From Chiloscyllium plagiosum (Eukaryota): a stretch of DNA of 64,000 nucleotides. The notes under the pieces are model-generated. The model was given only the letters and a program-made list of their open reading frames with translations. It did not search any database and was not told where the DNA came from. This document shows, piece by piece, positions 12,870-26,256 of the stretch (the first letter of the stretch is position 1; the number at the start of each line of letters is the position of its first letter). The stretch is taken from assembly GCF_004010195.1 (NCBI RefSeq), contig NC_057718.1:50174450-50238449 (forward strand). The letters are read 5' to 3'. The translations under genes were made by a program, and so were the position numbers.

Positions 12870-13055
12870 GAGAAAGTGAGGACTGCAGATACTGGAGATC
12901 AGAGTTGAGAGTGTGGTGTTGGAAAAGCATAGCAGATCAGGCAGCAACCGAGGAGCAGGAGAATCCTGATGAAGGGCTTATGCCCGAAACGTCGATTCCC
13001 TTGCTCCTCGGATGTTGCCTGACCTGCTGTGCTTTTCCAGCACCACACTCTCGAA
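12870..13055. mobile_element. Penelope-derived fold-back insert (family A)
   Basis: Arms at about 12908-12965 and 12994-13052. Duplication gttggagattata/gttggagaatata (12857, 13058). Confidence 0.85.
12961..12998 (+). ncRNA. Minimal type I hammerhead ribozyme motif
   Basis: gaatc CTGATGA a gggc-ttat-gccc GAA acgt C gattc: intact core, 4-bp stem II, palindromic ACGT mini stem III, and GAATC/GATTC stem I. Confidence 0.7.
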
Positions 13056-13125
13056 GTGTTGGAGAATATATTTTGAATGTGCTGTCTGAAATGCGAACAA
13101 AAATGACAATGACATAAAATACATT

Positions 13126-13525
13126 GTTAAAAATCACACAACACCAGGTTATAGTCCAACAGGTTTAATTGGAAGCACACTAGCTTTCAGAGCGACGCTC
13201 CTTCATCAGGTGATAATGGAAGGCTCAATCCTAACACAGAATTTATAGCAAAAATTTCAAAGAAGTGAAACTATCAGTGAAACTATCACTGTATTCTAAC
13301 AGATGAAAGGCTTAACAATCAATTTTTCAATGTATAATTTCAGTTACATCACACTGTAAATTTTTGCTATAAATTCTGTGTTAAGATTGAGCCCTCCACT
13401 CTCCCCTGATGAAGGAGCGTCGCTCCGAAAGTTAGTGTGCTTCCAATTAAACCTGTTGGACCATAACCTGGTGTTGTGTGATTTTTAACTTTGTACACCC
13501 CAGTCCAACACCAGTATCTCCAACT
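13126..13525. mobile_element. Penelope-derived fold-back insert (family B) with hammerhead cores on both strands
   Basis: Arms of about 130 bp (13126-13258 and 13358-13490). CTGATGA-a-ggagc-gtc-gctcc-GAAA at 13406-13430 with its reverse complement at about 13181-13209. Exact duplication cataaaatacatt (13113, 13526). Confidence 0.85.
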
Positions 13526-13959
13526 CATAAAATACATTAGCTATTCAAGATTTTGAACACATTATAAATACATTAAATTCAAGATGAAACCCACCGTTAA
13601 ACATTGATCAAGACAGAATTCAAGGGGTGGTGAAACTGGAAACAATAATGAAACATGATCCAAATTAAATGATTATGATATTAGAATAGGGGTATACATA
13701 GCCATTCAGCACCATGAGTCTGCTCTCTCATCCAGCAAGACCATCACTTGTTTGATTGTGGCCTTAATTCACTTTCCTAATTGTGTTGCACCAACCCTTA
13801 CTGATCATAAATCTGTTTAACTCCGCCTGAAAAAATTCAGTGGTCAGACCTCCGCTACTCACTGATGAAGAGAATACCAAAATTAAAAGACCCTGTGAGA
13901 AAAAAGGTATTCCAACCTCATTTCTGCCTTAAATGAGTGACTCACCTCCTGAATCCTAA

Positions 13960-14522
13960 ACGCCTGTAGCCTCACTACAAGGTACAAATTAGAAGTGTGA
14001 TGTAATATCTAAAAGGCACAAATGTGACAAAATACTCCTCATTTGCCTGGATGAGTGCAGCTCCAATGATACTCAAGACATTTGACACTATCTGGGACAA
14101 AGCAACTTGCTTGATTGACACCACATCCACAAATATTCAGTCACTCCACCACCGGTGCTCACTATCAGCAGTGGGTACTATCTGCACTATGCACTGCTGA
14201 AATTCACCTTGGATAGCATCTTCCAAACCTACAACCACTGCCATTTAGAGGACAAGGGCAATAGATAAATGGGGAACAACACCACCTGCAATTCCTCTCC
14301 ATATCGTGAATGATCCATACTTGGAAACATAGGACTCTTTCTTCAATGTCTTTGCATACCAATCCTGGAATCACTCCCTAATGGTATTGTGAGTCAACCT
14401 ACATCATGTCAATTGCAGCAGTTTAGGAAAGCAGCTTCTCACCACATTTTCAAAGGCAACTAGGGATGGTCAATCCATTCTAGCCAGCCAGCAACACCCA
14501 CATCCCATGAGTGAATATAAAA
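13960..14522 (+). mobile_element. Old LINE 3' fragment (CR1/L2 group)
   Basis: Decayed YKVQIRSVM...AWMSAAPMILKTFDTIWDKA RT C-terminus and a ggcaactagggatgg...cccacatcccatga tail. The same family lies on the minus strand at about 46470-47660. Confidence 0.65.
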
Positions 14523-14984
14523 CAAAAGGTCTCTATGGAACTGACTATAGAAAGTTGCAAGCTTCTCAGTTCAAACATTGATATCCTCTCCCAACCTGCA
14601 CAAAATTTAACAGTTGCCAACAGCCTGTAGTATGGCTATCCCCCAAAATCCATGTCCGTGTGCATCTATATTGTCAGGTTCATTTCACTCCAACATTGCT
14701 CTTGTAGTTATTATGTGATCTTTCCTCATGCTAATTGAGGATCAGCTACAGATATCCTTCCTATTTTGTCGACACGAGCCACTATCAGAAGTGATAATGC
14801 CATCAATGCACTGGCCAGAGCTTTCACTACCATTCTCCCAGAAGTTCATTGCTCTTCCCTTGAATGAGGGCTGGACTGAGCATAAATCTTCTTTCTGTAT
14901 CTATACACTGCCTGCCTTGATGCCCACTTGTTTAGAATCATTAAGACATTCATGTCAGATTATTGACTTTGCTTCTTATCAGAA

Positions 14985-15185
14985 GTGTGCAAATGGTCAA
15001 TTAACAACTTTCTGCATTGGACCAAAGTTCTGCAAGCAACAAGAATGCATGTTGAGTTCTTTGGTGACCTTCTTTGCCGTCAGGTCTCTTTCTGCTGCAC
15101 CAGAAACAAAATGTTCTTCTTGACCTGCCCAATGTCAACTAGACTTCAGCAAGGCATTATTGAACCTTGAGGCTTCACCAAGATT
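14985..15185 (-). pseudogene. Myb/SANT-like ORF remnant of PIF/Harbinger type
   Basis: Frameshifted ASRFNNALL..., KKNILF and RTLVQCRK resemble the APRF..LE.LL / R.VLF / RT..QCRK pattern. Confidence 0.45.
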
Positions 15186-16394
15186 GATACCTTTAGATCT
15201 GAAATCCTGTCCTTTCAGGCCTAACACTCCATTATTATATCCTCTTTGAAAGTCGACAGGTGCCCTTTAAGTAGTGCTTTCCACTACGAGATCTCACCTT
15301 CTGGTTACATTCACCACCTCCTAATTGGACAGATATCATGGCAACCACCCTACATCGGTCATTTCCTCCAAAACACTGATGTGTAGGAAACTTGTACCCT
15401 GAATGGGGTCAGGATACAGAGATGGTCTTGACACAACAGAGTTTTTCAGTCAATTTAAAATTCAAAATAGAAGTTGAAATAAAGAGAGTGAATTAAAGGT
15501 TTGGTCAGGAAAGCATGATAAATACATAGGAAGAGAAAATAAAAAAAAAACTTTTTTTGTTCTCTTAAGGATAATTGATACCTGGAGGAAGGTATCAACA
15601 TTTTCATTATTCCTTATATTTCAATGCTGTCTCTGTGTGAGATATTGTTTTGATGCAGTTTCTGTAAGCGTAAGGTTTAACTCAGACAGCAGCTTCTGGA
15701 TGTCTACACTTCATTGCACATGTGCAATTGCTAGACTCTGCTGTCTGATTTACACTTTAATAATGGTGAGATCTGTTTACCTCACCTTTATTTCTACAGC
15801 AAAGTAAAGCTTACTGTTTCACAGAGTACAATAAAACTGGACAGCACCACAAGGTCCACTGGTGCGAGCCACAAATCCTGAAAGTAACGTGTTCACACAG
15901 ATCCCACAGGGGCCGAATCCCATGGTTTATTCTCTGATTCAAGCAGGTAGTGCAATATGTTCAGCAGGTTCATATCCCAGATTTCCTATCTATCCTCCAA
16001 CCTTCTCCTTCGCCCAGTTAACAATGGAACAGGGGCTGGTTTATCTGCCTCGCAGGCAGTCTGCATATCAATTAGATCAACTGCTGAGCAGGAAACAGAA
16101 GAGTAATATTGCAATGTAGTTTGGCAGGATCTCTATATTCCCAGCTGTGGGTTCATTGGCAGTTTCTGGTTCCCACTGCATCATCCCCACTTTACTGCCA
16201 TTATCAGAGCCATCAGATTTTATGTTTGATACCAAACAGAGCACAACAGCGTTATTTCTCGTCTCTTGAAATGTTCAACAATAAAGTTTGAGATCTATCT
16301 CGCAATATGATTGATTGCAACTGCAACGCTTGTTTTTCACACTGAAATAAATGCACATTGTACACTGTTTGTCAAATGCGAGAGCAGTCCTTAC

Positions 16395-16469
16395 ATGTAT
16401 CTGAGATGGGGAAGATTTCCAAACGCATGTTGATCAATATGCACCAGAAGCTGTGCTTTATCAATTATT
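16395..16469 (-). CDS. fshr: Internal coding exon (exon-4 equivalent) of the same FSHR-like glycoprotein hormone receptor
   Basis: Minus strand: ...cttttgcag|A ATA ATT GAT AAA GCA...AGA TAC AT|gtaagg. 75 nt, phase 2/2, translating to [24 protein letters not shown], in frame with the 59727-59801 exon. Matches FSHR [24 protein letters not shown] as recalled. Confidence 0.88.
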
Positions 16470-16753
16470 CTGCAAAAGCAATAACAAGAAAGAGTGATTC
16501 ATTATTCTCAATTCTGTAAAGTGCTTAACACAAACTGTTAACGTGGCAGACATAAAATGAAACTGACTATATTGTAAATTCTGTTGCACAGTGACAACTG
16601 CTTATAGCGATTATAAAGTATGAAAGAGAGTGATTATTATGCATCAGGTTTCAGAATCTAAATGGTTGAGATTGGAGAAAATCTATGGATGATTACTTTT
16701 TTTTTGACAGCTTTCCCAACCCTGAAGCACCATTGACAATTTTAAAGCACGAT

Positions 16754-17815
16754 GGGCTGGAATTTCCAATTGCCAGACAACCATTAGTCCAGCATTGAGG
16801 AAAGTTTGCACATAGGAATTCTGCAGATTTCCCAGTCTAGCACATCCTGAAGGAATTGCCCAGGAAAATAAATTATTGAAATGGAATTTTCCACTGGCCA
16901 GTTTCTCCACATCTGAAACCCTCTGAAATTCTTAGTTCAAACTGAAGACTCCAGGTCGTTCTGAAGAAAGTGAGTAAAACTTGGGACAAGTTATACTATA
17001 ATGCATAGTCTGACTCCTAAGTAAATATTAAATAGATCCCATGCTTACAGCTACACCATTTGCAGACCCCTTATACAACCTCCTCATCATCCCCCCAGTG
17101 AGTTCCTTCACTCCTTTATCCCCCAACAGACCTAACCCAACATCTTTTTGCCCTTCCCAGTGGATCCTATCCTACATGCCTTCAGCTCACCCTGCCTGAC
17201 TCTACCACCCATTTGGTGCACCTGAGTCCAGCCCGCACCCCATCACCAGACCCAACCTGACCCCGTCTCATAAGCTGCTGGACCCAACACTCGCCACCAA
17301 CAACACACCCAAATATCATTTAATTTGCACTCTGGCATGTTTTCACTGATCAGCTTACTAGTTTCTCACTTTGCATCTTACCCACCGACACTCTAACTCT
17401 TTACTCAACTGGCATTCTATGCTGGCACCCGAACCCTTCTCCAGATACAGCCTGTCTCAGCTGGCACCCTACCACCTGGTCACATATTCCCCACTTCTGA
17501 CCTGGCACCCTATTCTCCCAGCACCTAACATCACACTTTTATGCTTATGGGTTGACAGCGGTTGTTAAAGTTGCTGTCAAAACATTTACATTTCAGAACA
17601 TGGAAGTGAAATGCTTTAGAAAAGGTGGCGTTGTTTGCTTTCTTCTGACACTTCTATGCCACAGAAGAACTTTCAGAATGGAAGTACGCCTTCACATTCC
17701 TGAGGTATTCCTGAATGAAATTTCCACCCTGAATTGCAGAATTGCCTTTTCTCATATGAAAGAAGGGATGCAATGGCAATCTGTGTGAGTGCCACTCCTT
17801 GGAAAATTGGAGCCT
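16754..17815. mobile_element. Possible non-autonomous Harbinger-like element
   Basis: Imperfect terminal inverted repeats gggctggaatttcc and ggaaaattggagcc around a C-rich non-coding interior. Confidence 0.4.
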
Positions 17816-18202
17816 TTAGTCAGACAAAGACACAAAATTCCTAGTTTGTACCATGACACAGAAATGTTACAGGTGAACCATTGATACATATCTCCTTCTT
17901 TAGATGAATAAACCTTCATTCACTTGCCGCTGTTCGATTCATATGATGAAATATTTTTTCTGTGTCTATATGTTCTGCAAGTTGGCAGCTGTGAAATTGC
18001 AGTTAGACAACTGAAGACTGTTAAATTTGAAGCACTACATTTTCCAAGGATTATACATTTGATTCTGTCTAGGAACAGGAGCAGGACACTGTTGAAGATT
18101 TTATTAGGTCACATGGTCAGTTCAAGGGTCAGTGAACAGCAATTAGTGATTAGTCAGTTCGCCAGGAGCAGTCAAAGATGAAAGCACCATACAAGTGAAG
18201 TA

Positions 18203-18421
18203 CAGTTTGTTCTTATATAATGCAATAATTCCTTTACCATGCGATCCCGCTTTATAAGAAAATCACATAATAGCAGCACCATTTAGACTAGTGAGGCTGG
18301 AATTGCCTTATAGCCACTACAGGTAAGGAAAATTTGTGTTCTACAAATAATGGCATAAACCCTTCAATCACATTATAGCCAATTCACGTTCAAGAAACGT
18401 GCATTATAGCAGAACAGATTG
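18203..18421. mobile_element. Tc1/mariner/pogo-type MITE with TA target duplication
   Basis: TA-cagtttgttcttatataatgca at the left end and tgcattatagcagaacagattg-TA at the right end (about 22-bp imperfect TIRs). Confidence 0.75.
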
Positions 18422-19032
18422 TACTATTGTTAGCTCGAAGGAGCTGGGGGTTCAGTGAAGCTCTGGGAGTTATTTAGCAAGTCAGACCACTTGGGGGCCA
18501 GAGAAACCTTTTGGGAGCTGATAATAGGGTTGAAGTTTCTGTAAGTTCTGTTTGCTACTGATGGACAGTGGGGCTCAAGGTATCCCCGAGCACTTAAAAG
18601 TTCAGTGAAGCTGAAAGGATGCTTTCTGCCAGAGTGCTGGCAGGTGGGTAACTGAAAGCCTGTGTGTGGTTGTGTGTTCATGAAGTTGGTAGTTGGACAA
18701 AGGCCTGCCCATGTGTAGGGGTACTCCATTCACAGTAGCTAGGGAGCTTGAATTCCAACGGTGATCAGATGCTAGAGTGCAGCTTTGTGTATCCAGTTGC
18801 TTACAGTCTCAGAAAATATTGAGCAACTTGGAGGTTGAGCAAGAGTTTAAGCAGTCTGGGTCAGTGCAGTGTTCGAGTTTCATAGGGTTTTGTGGCTCAT
18901 TGATTTTTCAGTGGGTTGCTGAGAAATTTGCGGGATGTAGCTTGGTTGAACTTCTTATTAATGTGCTGTTGATGATGTGTTCTTCTTCAGTTTGCCTGTT
19001 AATTTATATTTACTTCATGTTGATTAGTAATA

Positions 19033-19237
19033 ATGTGGAGGAGCTGGTGTTGGACTGGGGTGGACAAAGTTAAAAATCACACAACACCAGGTTATGTCCA
19101 ACAGGTTTATTTGGAAGCACTAGCTTTTGGAGCACTGCTCCTTCATTATCATCAGGTGATGAAGGAGCAGCGCTCTGAAAGCTAGTGCTTCCAAATAAAC
19201 CTGTTGGACCATAACCTGATGTTGTATGATTTTTAAC
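19033..19237. mobile_element. Penelope-derived fold-back insert (family B)
   Basis: Arms 19069-19146 and 19159-19237 with a degenerate hammerhead core. Duplication catgttgattagtaat/catattgactagtcat. Confidence 0.8.
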
Positions 19238-19254
19238 CATATTGACTAGTCATG

Positions 19255-20288
19255 GAGGCATCGAGATGTACAGCAAGGAAACAGAAACGTTTCAATGCTG
19301 ATCAGATATCCTAATCTAGTCCTACTTGCCAGCATTTGGCCCATATCCATCTTAAACCCTTCCTATTCAAATAGCCATCCTGTTGCATTTTAAATGTTGT
19401 AATTGTACCTGCCTCCACCACTTCCCTGGCAGCTCATTCCATACATGCACCACTGTCTTTATGAAGAAGTTGCCCTTTATGTCTCTTTTAAATCTATTCC
19501 CTCTCACCCTAAACCTATGCCCTCAAGTTCTGGACTCCCCTACCCGGGAGGAAGACTTTGTGTATTCACCCTATCCATGCCCCTCATGATTTCATATTCC
19601 CTCTCACCCTAAACCTAGCCCTCTAGTTCTGGACTCCCCTACCCGGGAGGAAAACTTTGTGTATTCACCCTATCCATGCCCCTCATGATTTCACAAACCT
19701 CTGTAAGGTCACCCCTCAGCCATTGACGCTCCAAGGAAAACAGCCCGTCTATTCAGGCTCACAGTATAGCTCAAGCCCTCCAACCCAGACAACATCCTTG
19801 TAAATCTTTTCTGAACCCTTTCAAGTTTCACAACATCCTTCCTGTAACAGAGAGACCAGAATTGCACACAATATTCCAAAAGTGGCCTAACCAATGTCCT
19901 CTACAGCCGCTACATGACCTCCCAACTTCTATAAACAACACACTGACCCATAAAGGCCAGCATACCAAATGCCTTCTTCACTATCCTATCTACCTGCAAC
20001 TCCACTTTCAAGGAACTTTGTACCTGCACTCCAAGGTCTCTTTGTTCAGCAACACTCTCCAGGACCTTATCACTAAGTATATAAGTCCTGCCTTGATTTG
20101 CATTTCCAAAATGCTGCACCCCACTTTTATATAAGTTAAACTCCAGCTGCCATTCCTTGGCCCATTAGCCCATCTGATCAACATCCCATTGTACTGTGAG
20201 GGCACTTTCTTGGCTGTCTCACCACACTTCTAAACTTGGTGTCATCTGCAAACTTACTAACCATACCTCCTATGTACACATCCAAAGA
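19255..20288 (-). mobile_element. CR1 LINE 3' fragment with an internal 100-bp tandem duplication
   Basis: ORFs 19709-19894(-) and 19910-20119(-) give the CR1 RT C-terminus. 19495-19594 is repeated at 19595-19693. Confidence 0.9.
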
Positions 20289-20313
20289 TACTGGATGTTA
20301 CAGTGTAAAATCT

Positions 20314-23300
20314 AGATGTGCACCCAACTCCAGCTCCTCAGAAACTGTGTTAGGGAACTGGAGCTGGAGCTGGATGAACTTTGAATCATTCCTGAGGTGG
20401 AGGGGGTTATTGAGAGGAGTTACAGGGGGTTAATCACACCTCAGGTACAAGAAAAAGGCAGATGAGTTCAGTCAGGGCACAGAAAGAGAACAGGCAGAAA
20501 GTGCAGGGATCCCCTGTGACCATTTTCCTCAATAACAAGTATACCATTTTGGATACTGATGGGGAGGAGCGACTTACCAGGCGTAAGCCATGGGGTACAG
20601 GTGTCTGCCACAGAGTCTGTCCCTGTTGCTCTGAAGGGCAGGGGAGAGAAGAGCAGAGCAGAGCATTAGTCATTGGGGACTCCATTGTTAGGGGAACAGA
20701 TAGGAGATTCTATGGGAACGGGAGAGATTCGCGATTGGTGTGCTGCCTTCCAGGTCCCGGGGTCCGTGTTTTTGGGATCCTTGAGGTGAGGGGGAGAAGC
20801 CCCAAGTTGTTGTCCACATAGACATTAACGTCAAAGGTAGGAAAAGGGATGGGGATTTAAGGCAGAAATTCAGGGAGCTAGGGTGGAAGCTTAGAGCTAG
20901 AACGAACAGAGTTGTTATCTCTGGTTGGTTACCCATGCCACGTACTTGTGAGGCGAGGAATAGGGAGAGAAAGAGTAGTTGAACATGTGACTACAGGGAT
21001 AGTGCAGGAAGGAGGGATTCAATTACTTGGATAATTGAGGCTTATTCCGGGGTAGGTGGGACCTCTACAAACAGGATGATCTACACTTGAACCAGATGGG
21101 TACTAATAACCTGGGGGAGGGGGGAGGAATTTGCTAATGCTCTTCAGGAGGGTTTAAACTAATTCATTATGTGGATGGGAACCTAAATTGTAGTTCCATT
21201 GTCCAGGAGGTTGAGAGAAGTGAGGTCAGAAATAATGTTTCAAGGTTGCAAGACTGCACTGACAATCAGGAAGGCGGTTTGGAGTGTGTCTACTTCAACG
21301 CCAGGAGCACCTGGAATAAGGTGGGTGAACTGGCAACATGGGTCGGTACCTGGGACTTTGATGTTGTGGCTGTTTCAGAGACATGGATAGAGCAGGGACA
21401 GGAATGATTGTTGCAGGTTCCAGGATTTAGATGTTTCAGTAAGAACAGAGAAGATGGTAAAAGAGGGGGAAGTTTGGCATTGATACTCAAGGATAGGATT
21501 ATGGTGGCAGAAAGGACATTTGAGGACTCGTCTACCGAGGTGATATGGGCTAAGGTTAGAAACAGGAAAGGAGAGGTCACATTGTTGGGCCTCTGAATAC
21601 TTCCAGAGATGTAGAGGAAAGGATAGCAAAAATGATTCTCAATAGGAGGGAGAGCAATAAGATAGTTGTTATGGGGAACTTTAACTTCCTCAATATTGAT
21701 TGGAAGTACTATAGTTCGAGTACTTTAGATGGGTCAGTTTTTGTCCAATGTGTGCTTGAGGGTTTCTTGACACAGTATGTAGACAGGTTAACAAGAGGCT
21801 AGGCCACATTTGATTTGGTACTGGGTAATGAACAAGGGCAGGTGTTAGATTAGGAGGTAGGTGAGCACTTTGATGACAGGGACACCAATTCGGTTCTGTT
21901 TACTTTAGCGAAGGAAAGGGATAGGTATATACCACAGGGAAAGAGTTATAGCTGGGGGAAAGGCAATTATGATGAGATTAGGCAAGATTTAGGATGCAAA
22001 GGTTGGGGAAGGAAACTGCAGTGGATGGGCACAATTGAAATGCTGAGCTTATTCAAGGAACAGCTACTGCGAGTCCTTGATAAGTGTGTACCGGTTAGGT
22101 AGGAAGGAAGTGGTCAAGCGATGGAGCCAAGGTTTGAGATGCAATGTTTCAGTTAGGGTGCTTGAAAGTTACAAGTTAGCCAGGAAAGACCTAAAGAGAG
22201 AGGTAAGAAGAGTCAGGAGGGGACATGAGAAATCATTGGCAGATGGGATTAAGGAAAACCCTAAGCTTTCTATCGGTATATCAGGAATAAAAGAATGACT
22301 AGAGTAAGATTAGGGCTAATCAAGGACAGTAGTGGGAAGTTGTGAATGGAGTCTGAGGAGTTAGGAGACGTGCTAAATGAATATTTTTCATCAGTACTCA
22401 CGCTGAAAAAGACAATATTGTCAAAGAGAATATTGAGATACAGGCTACTAGACTAGTTGGGATTGAGGTTCACATGGAGGAGGTTTTAACAATTCTGGAA
22501 AGTGTGAAAATAGATAAGTCCCCTGGGCCAGATGGGATTCATCCTAGGATTCTCTGGGAAGTCAGGGAGGAGATTGCACAGCCTTTGGCTTTGATCTTTA
22601 TGTCATCATTGTCTACAGGAATAGTGCTAGAAGACTGGAGGACAGCAAATGTTGTCACCTTGTTCAAGAGGGGAGTTGAGACAATACTGGTAATTGTAGA
22701 CTAGTGAGCCTTCCTTCGGCTGTGGGTAAAGTGTTGGAAAAGGTTACAAGAGATACGACTTATAATAATCTAGAAAGGAATAAGTTGATTAGAGATAGTC
22801 AACACAATTTTGTGAAGGGTAAGTCATGCTTCATAAACCTTATTTAGTTCTTTGAGAAGGTGACCAAACAGGTCGATGAGGGGAATGCAGTTGATGTAGT
22901 GTATATGGATTTCAGTAAGACGTGTGATAAGGTTCCCCACGGTTGGCTATTGCACAAAATACAGAGGCATGGGATTGAAGGTGGTTTAGCAGTTTAGATC
23001 AGAAATTGGCTAGCTGAAAGAAGGCAGAGGGTGGTAGTTGATGGGAAATGTTCATCCTGGAGTTCAGTTACTAGTGGTGTACTGCAAGGATCTGTTTTGG
23101 GGCCACTGCTGTTTGTTATTTTTAAAAATTACCTGGATGAGTGTGAAGAAGAATGAGTTCATATATTTGCGAATGACATTAAGGTTGGTGGAATTGTGGA
23201 TAGTGCCGAAGGATGTTGCAGGTTACAAAGGGACATAGATAAGCTGCAGCCCTGGGCTGAGAAGTGTCAAATGGAATTTAATGCAGAAAAGTGTGAGTTG

Positions 23301-24065
23301 ATTCACTTTGGAAGGAGCAACAGAAATAAAGAGTTCTGGGCTAATGGTGAGATTCTTGGTAGTGTGGTTGAGCTGAGAGATCTCAGTGTCCAGGTACATA
23401 GTCCCTTGAAATTTGCCACTCAGGTTGATAGGGTTGTTAAGAAGGCATACTGTGGTTAGCTTTTATTGACAGAGGGATTGAGTTTTGGAGTCCTGAGGTC
23501 TGTTGCAGCTGTACAAAACTCTGGTGCAGCCATACTTGGATTATTGCATAGTCTGGTCACCGCATTACAGGGAAGGATGTGGAAGTGTTGGAAAGAGTTT
23601 AGAGGAGATTTACTAGGATGGGTTGCCTGGTATGGAGGGAAGATCTTATGAGGAAAGGCTGAGGGGCTTGAGGCTATTTTTGTTTGAGAGAAGAAGGTTG
23701 AGGTGTAATTTAATTGAGACATATAAGATTATCAGAGGGTTAGATAGGGTGGACAGTGAGAGCCTTTTTCCTCAGATGGTAATGGTAAGGGGACATAGCT
23801 TTAAATTAAAGGGTGATGAATATAGGACAGATGTCAGAGGTAGTTTCTCTACACAGAGGGTAGTAGGGCCATGGAACACCCTGCCTGCAACAGTAGTAGA
23901 CTCGCCAACGTTAAGGGCACTTAAATGGTCACTGGATAAATATATGGATGAAAATGGAATAGTGTAGGCTATATGGGCTTCAGATTGGTTTCACAGGTCG
24001 GCACAACATCGAGGGCTGAAGGGCCTGTACTGCGCTGTAATGTTCTATGTTCTCCATATTCTATA
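20314..24065 (+). mobile_element. CR1 LINE, near full length (mid-ORF1 to 3' tail), multiply inactivated
   Basis: LVIGDSIVRGTDRRF, CVYFNARS, VSETW, KSPGPDGIHPR, RT pieces and a gttctatgttc tail; many stops and frameshifts. Confidence 0.92.
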
Positions 24066-26163
24066 ATATATTTGTGATTGTTTATCAGTCTGTTTTCTTC
24101 CACTTGTTTCAAAATTGTGGAAAAGTATGACATTATTCTTTTAGTAATTATTTAGTACAGTTTGACCATAAATAGTTCATGTCAATATAGTTCTTCTGGG
24201 TTGCTATCTCATTAGCATGAATTAAATTCTGTCTTCCAAATATATGAGGATAATGTTGTACAATGTAATAGCAACATGTCAAACTAATTCAACATAAAAA
24301 CAAAACAAAACAAAAATTCCAAAATATTTTATGTTGAAGAAATGCAAGTGAATATTGTAAATGTATGCTTAGGTCCTGTCACATTAAAATTACTATTCCA
24401 GATCACAGAGCAGACGCATAAATTATGTACGATAAGCATACAATACCTACCTATTGGTGCAAATCTGATACCACTTGCTTCATATATTTATTTAACATCT
24501 TCAGTGATTAAACATACAGAAGATGTTTCACAGAGATATGAGTAAAAGAAACAATGAGGCTGAGTCATCAGGTGAAACAAAGGGATGGGTGAAAGAGAAA
24601 CAATCAGAGGAATAACACAGGTAATGTGTGAAGGCAGTTATCAGAATCATTGTTAAATGGTAAGAATCTTTAAAAATAATATTTTTGGAATGCATCAATT
24701 GCATTATTTGCTGGTTAAAATAGCACAAGATAAAATGTAGTCACCTCAGACCACTGCACAAGGACAACTGAATAGAATCTTGGAGCTGAATCTTACATTT
24801 ATTTTTGCCGAGGTGTCAGTTGCATTGGGTTTTCTGAAGGTATTTTCACAATTAGTTTTCGAATGATCTCTGGCCATATCTTACCAGACTTCATTGTTAA
24901 CTGTCTACCCTATCCATATAGTATTGACTCGTCCAAACTCGCCCAACATTACCACATCATTCCTGGAACACTCGCCACTCCTCAAGCTATCTGCCCAAAG
25001 ACTGGCATCTTTGGTACCTATGCCATCTTTAAAAGGCTGCTGTGCATCCTGACAAGTATGGTAATGTGCTGCTGCCCCTCACCAGCAATATAATCACATA
25101 GCAGCCACGAAGCCACACTGCTCTCAGCACATGGCTGACACTACCTCGCACACTCAACCCCATTCTCTCATCCTCGTCACTGTTTAAGCCAGGCTGCATA
25201 GTTTATCTATTCTGAGTTATGTCCCATTGAAACACCCTCTCTAAGTCACCATTACTTTCTCACCAATGCCCACGGAAGACCCACATTATGTTATCGTCCA
25301 GTAGGGGAACGTCATATCTCGGCAAGCAGGTGGATAATTCCAACTATGAGCTTTATTTACAGCAACCAAAGAAACAAAACTAACAGAGGCTGCAGTCTGT
25401 CTTCGAAATGCAAGCCAAATGCATTCATCATGAGCAATAACTATTCTATATTCTCTCATAGTTTGTAACGTCCAGTTCTGATCAACTGGAACTGGGTATC
25501 AATCAGGTCCAGTCTGAGTTGCAGCACCCACCGCAGCTGAGCTTTGTCAGACACAAGGAAAGATTCCTTCTCCTCAATATCCTCATCACCATCCTCCTCA
25601 GAATACTGTTCCCATTCTCCCAGTTCCTCAGCATCCAGCACCTTGTCTTATTGTCTGCTCCGGTTGTACAGAGCACAGCATGTTCGGATGATGCAGCACA
25701 TTCTGTCTGGATTAAAATGCAGTGTGACCCCAGGCTGCTCCAAATGTGGAACCACAGCTTCCGGATTCCTATTGTCTGCTCTATCATTGTTCTGGTCAAA
25801 AGTATGCTAATTGAGTGAGCATGACATTACATCAAGAAAGGACTACATGCTGCACTTTGACCCCACTTCCCACCCCAGACCCACGTCACCAAGTCAATTT
25901 ATCACTGAGTTCAGTACAGTCCACTTACTTACAAGACCTGCAATGGAGTTTGTCCCCTCATCACAGAGCAGCCTTGAAAGTTAGCATGTGCTTCCTTTAA
26001 AGTAATTGCTGCTAACATCTCCAACACTGAAATGTAAATGTTTGATTTGCCAACACCAATGGCATGGTATAGATTGTCCTTGAGCTTTAAGCATATTCAC
26101 TCTGCATGCATTACAAATGGGTGAAGACATGTTTGGAAATTAAATGTAGCTGCAGTTTGTAAA

Positions 26164-26256
26164 GTTATAAAGTGTGGCACTGGAAAAAACACAGCAGGTC
26201 AGGCAGCATCTGAGGAGCAAGAGACTCGACATTTCGAGGAGGGCCCTTCCTCGGGA
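26164..26256. mobile_element. Penelope terminal-repeat fragment (single arm)
   Basis: cagcaggtcaggcagcatctgaggagc motif with an exact duplication ctgcagtttgtaaa (26150, 26257). Confidence 0.75.

Noticed and set aside
25456..25641. Acidic ORF that could be a host exon
   Set aside because: It directly follows the frameshifted Harbinger transposase C-terminus and is better explained as its tail.
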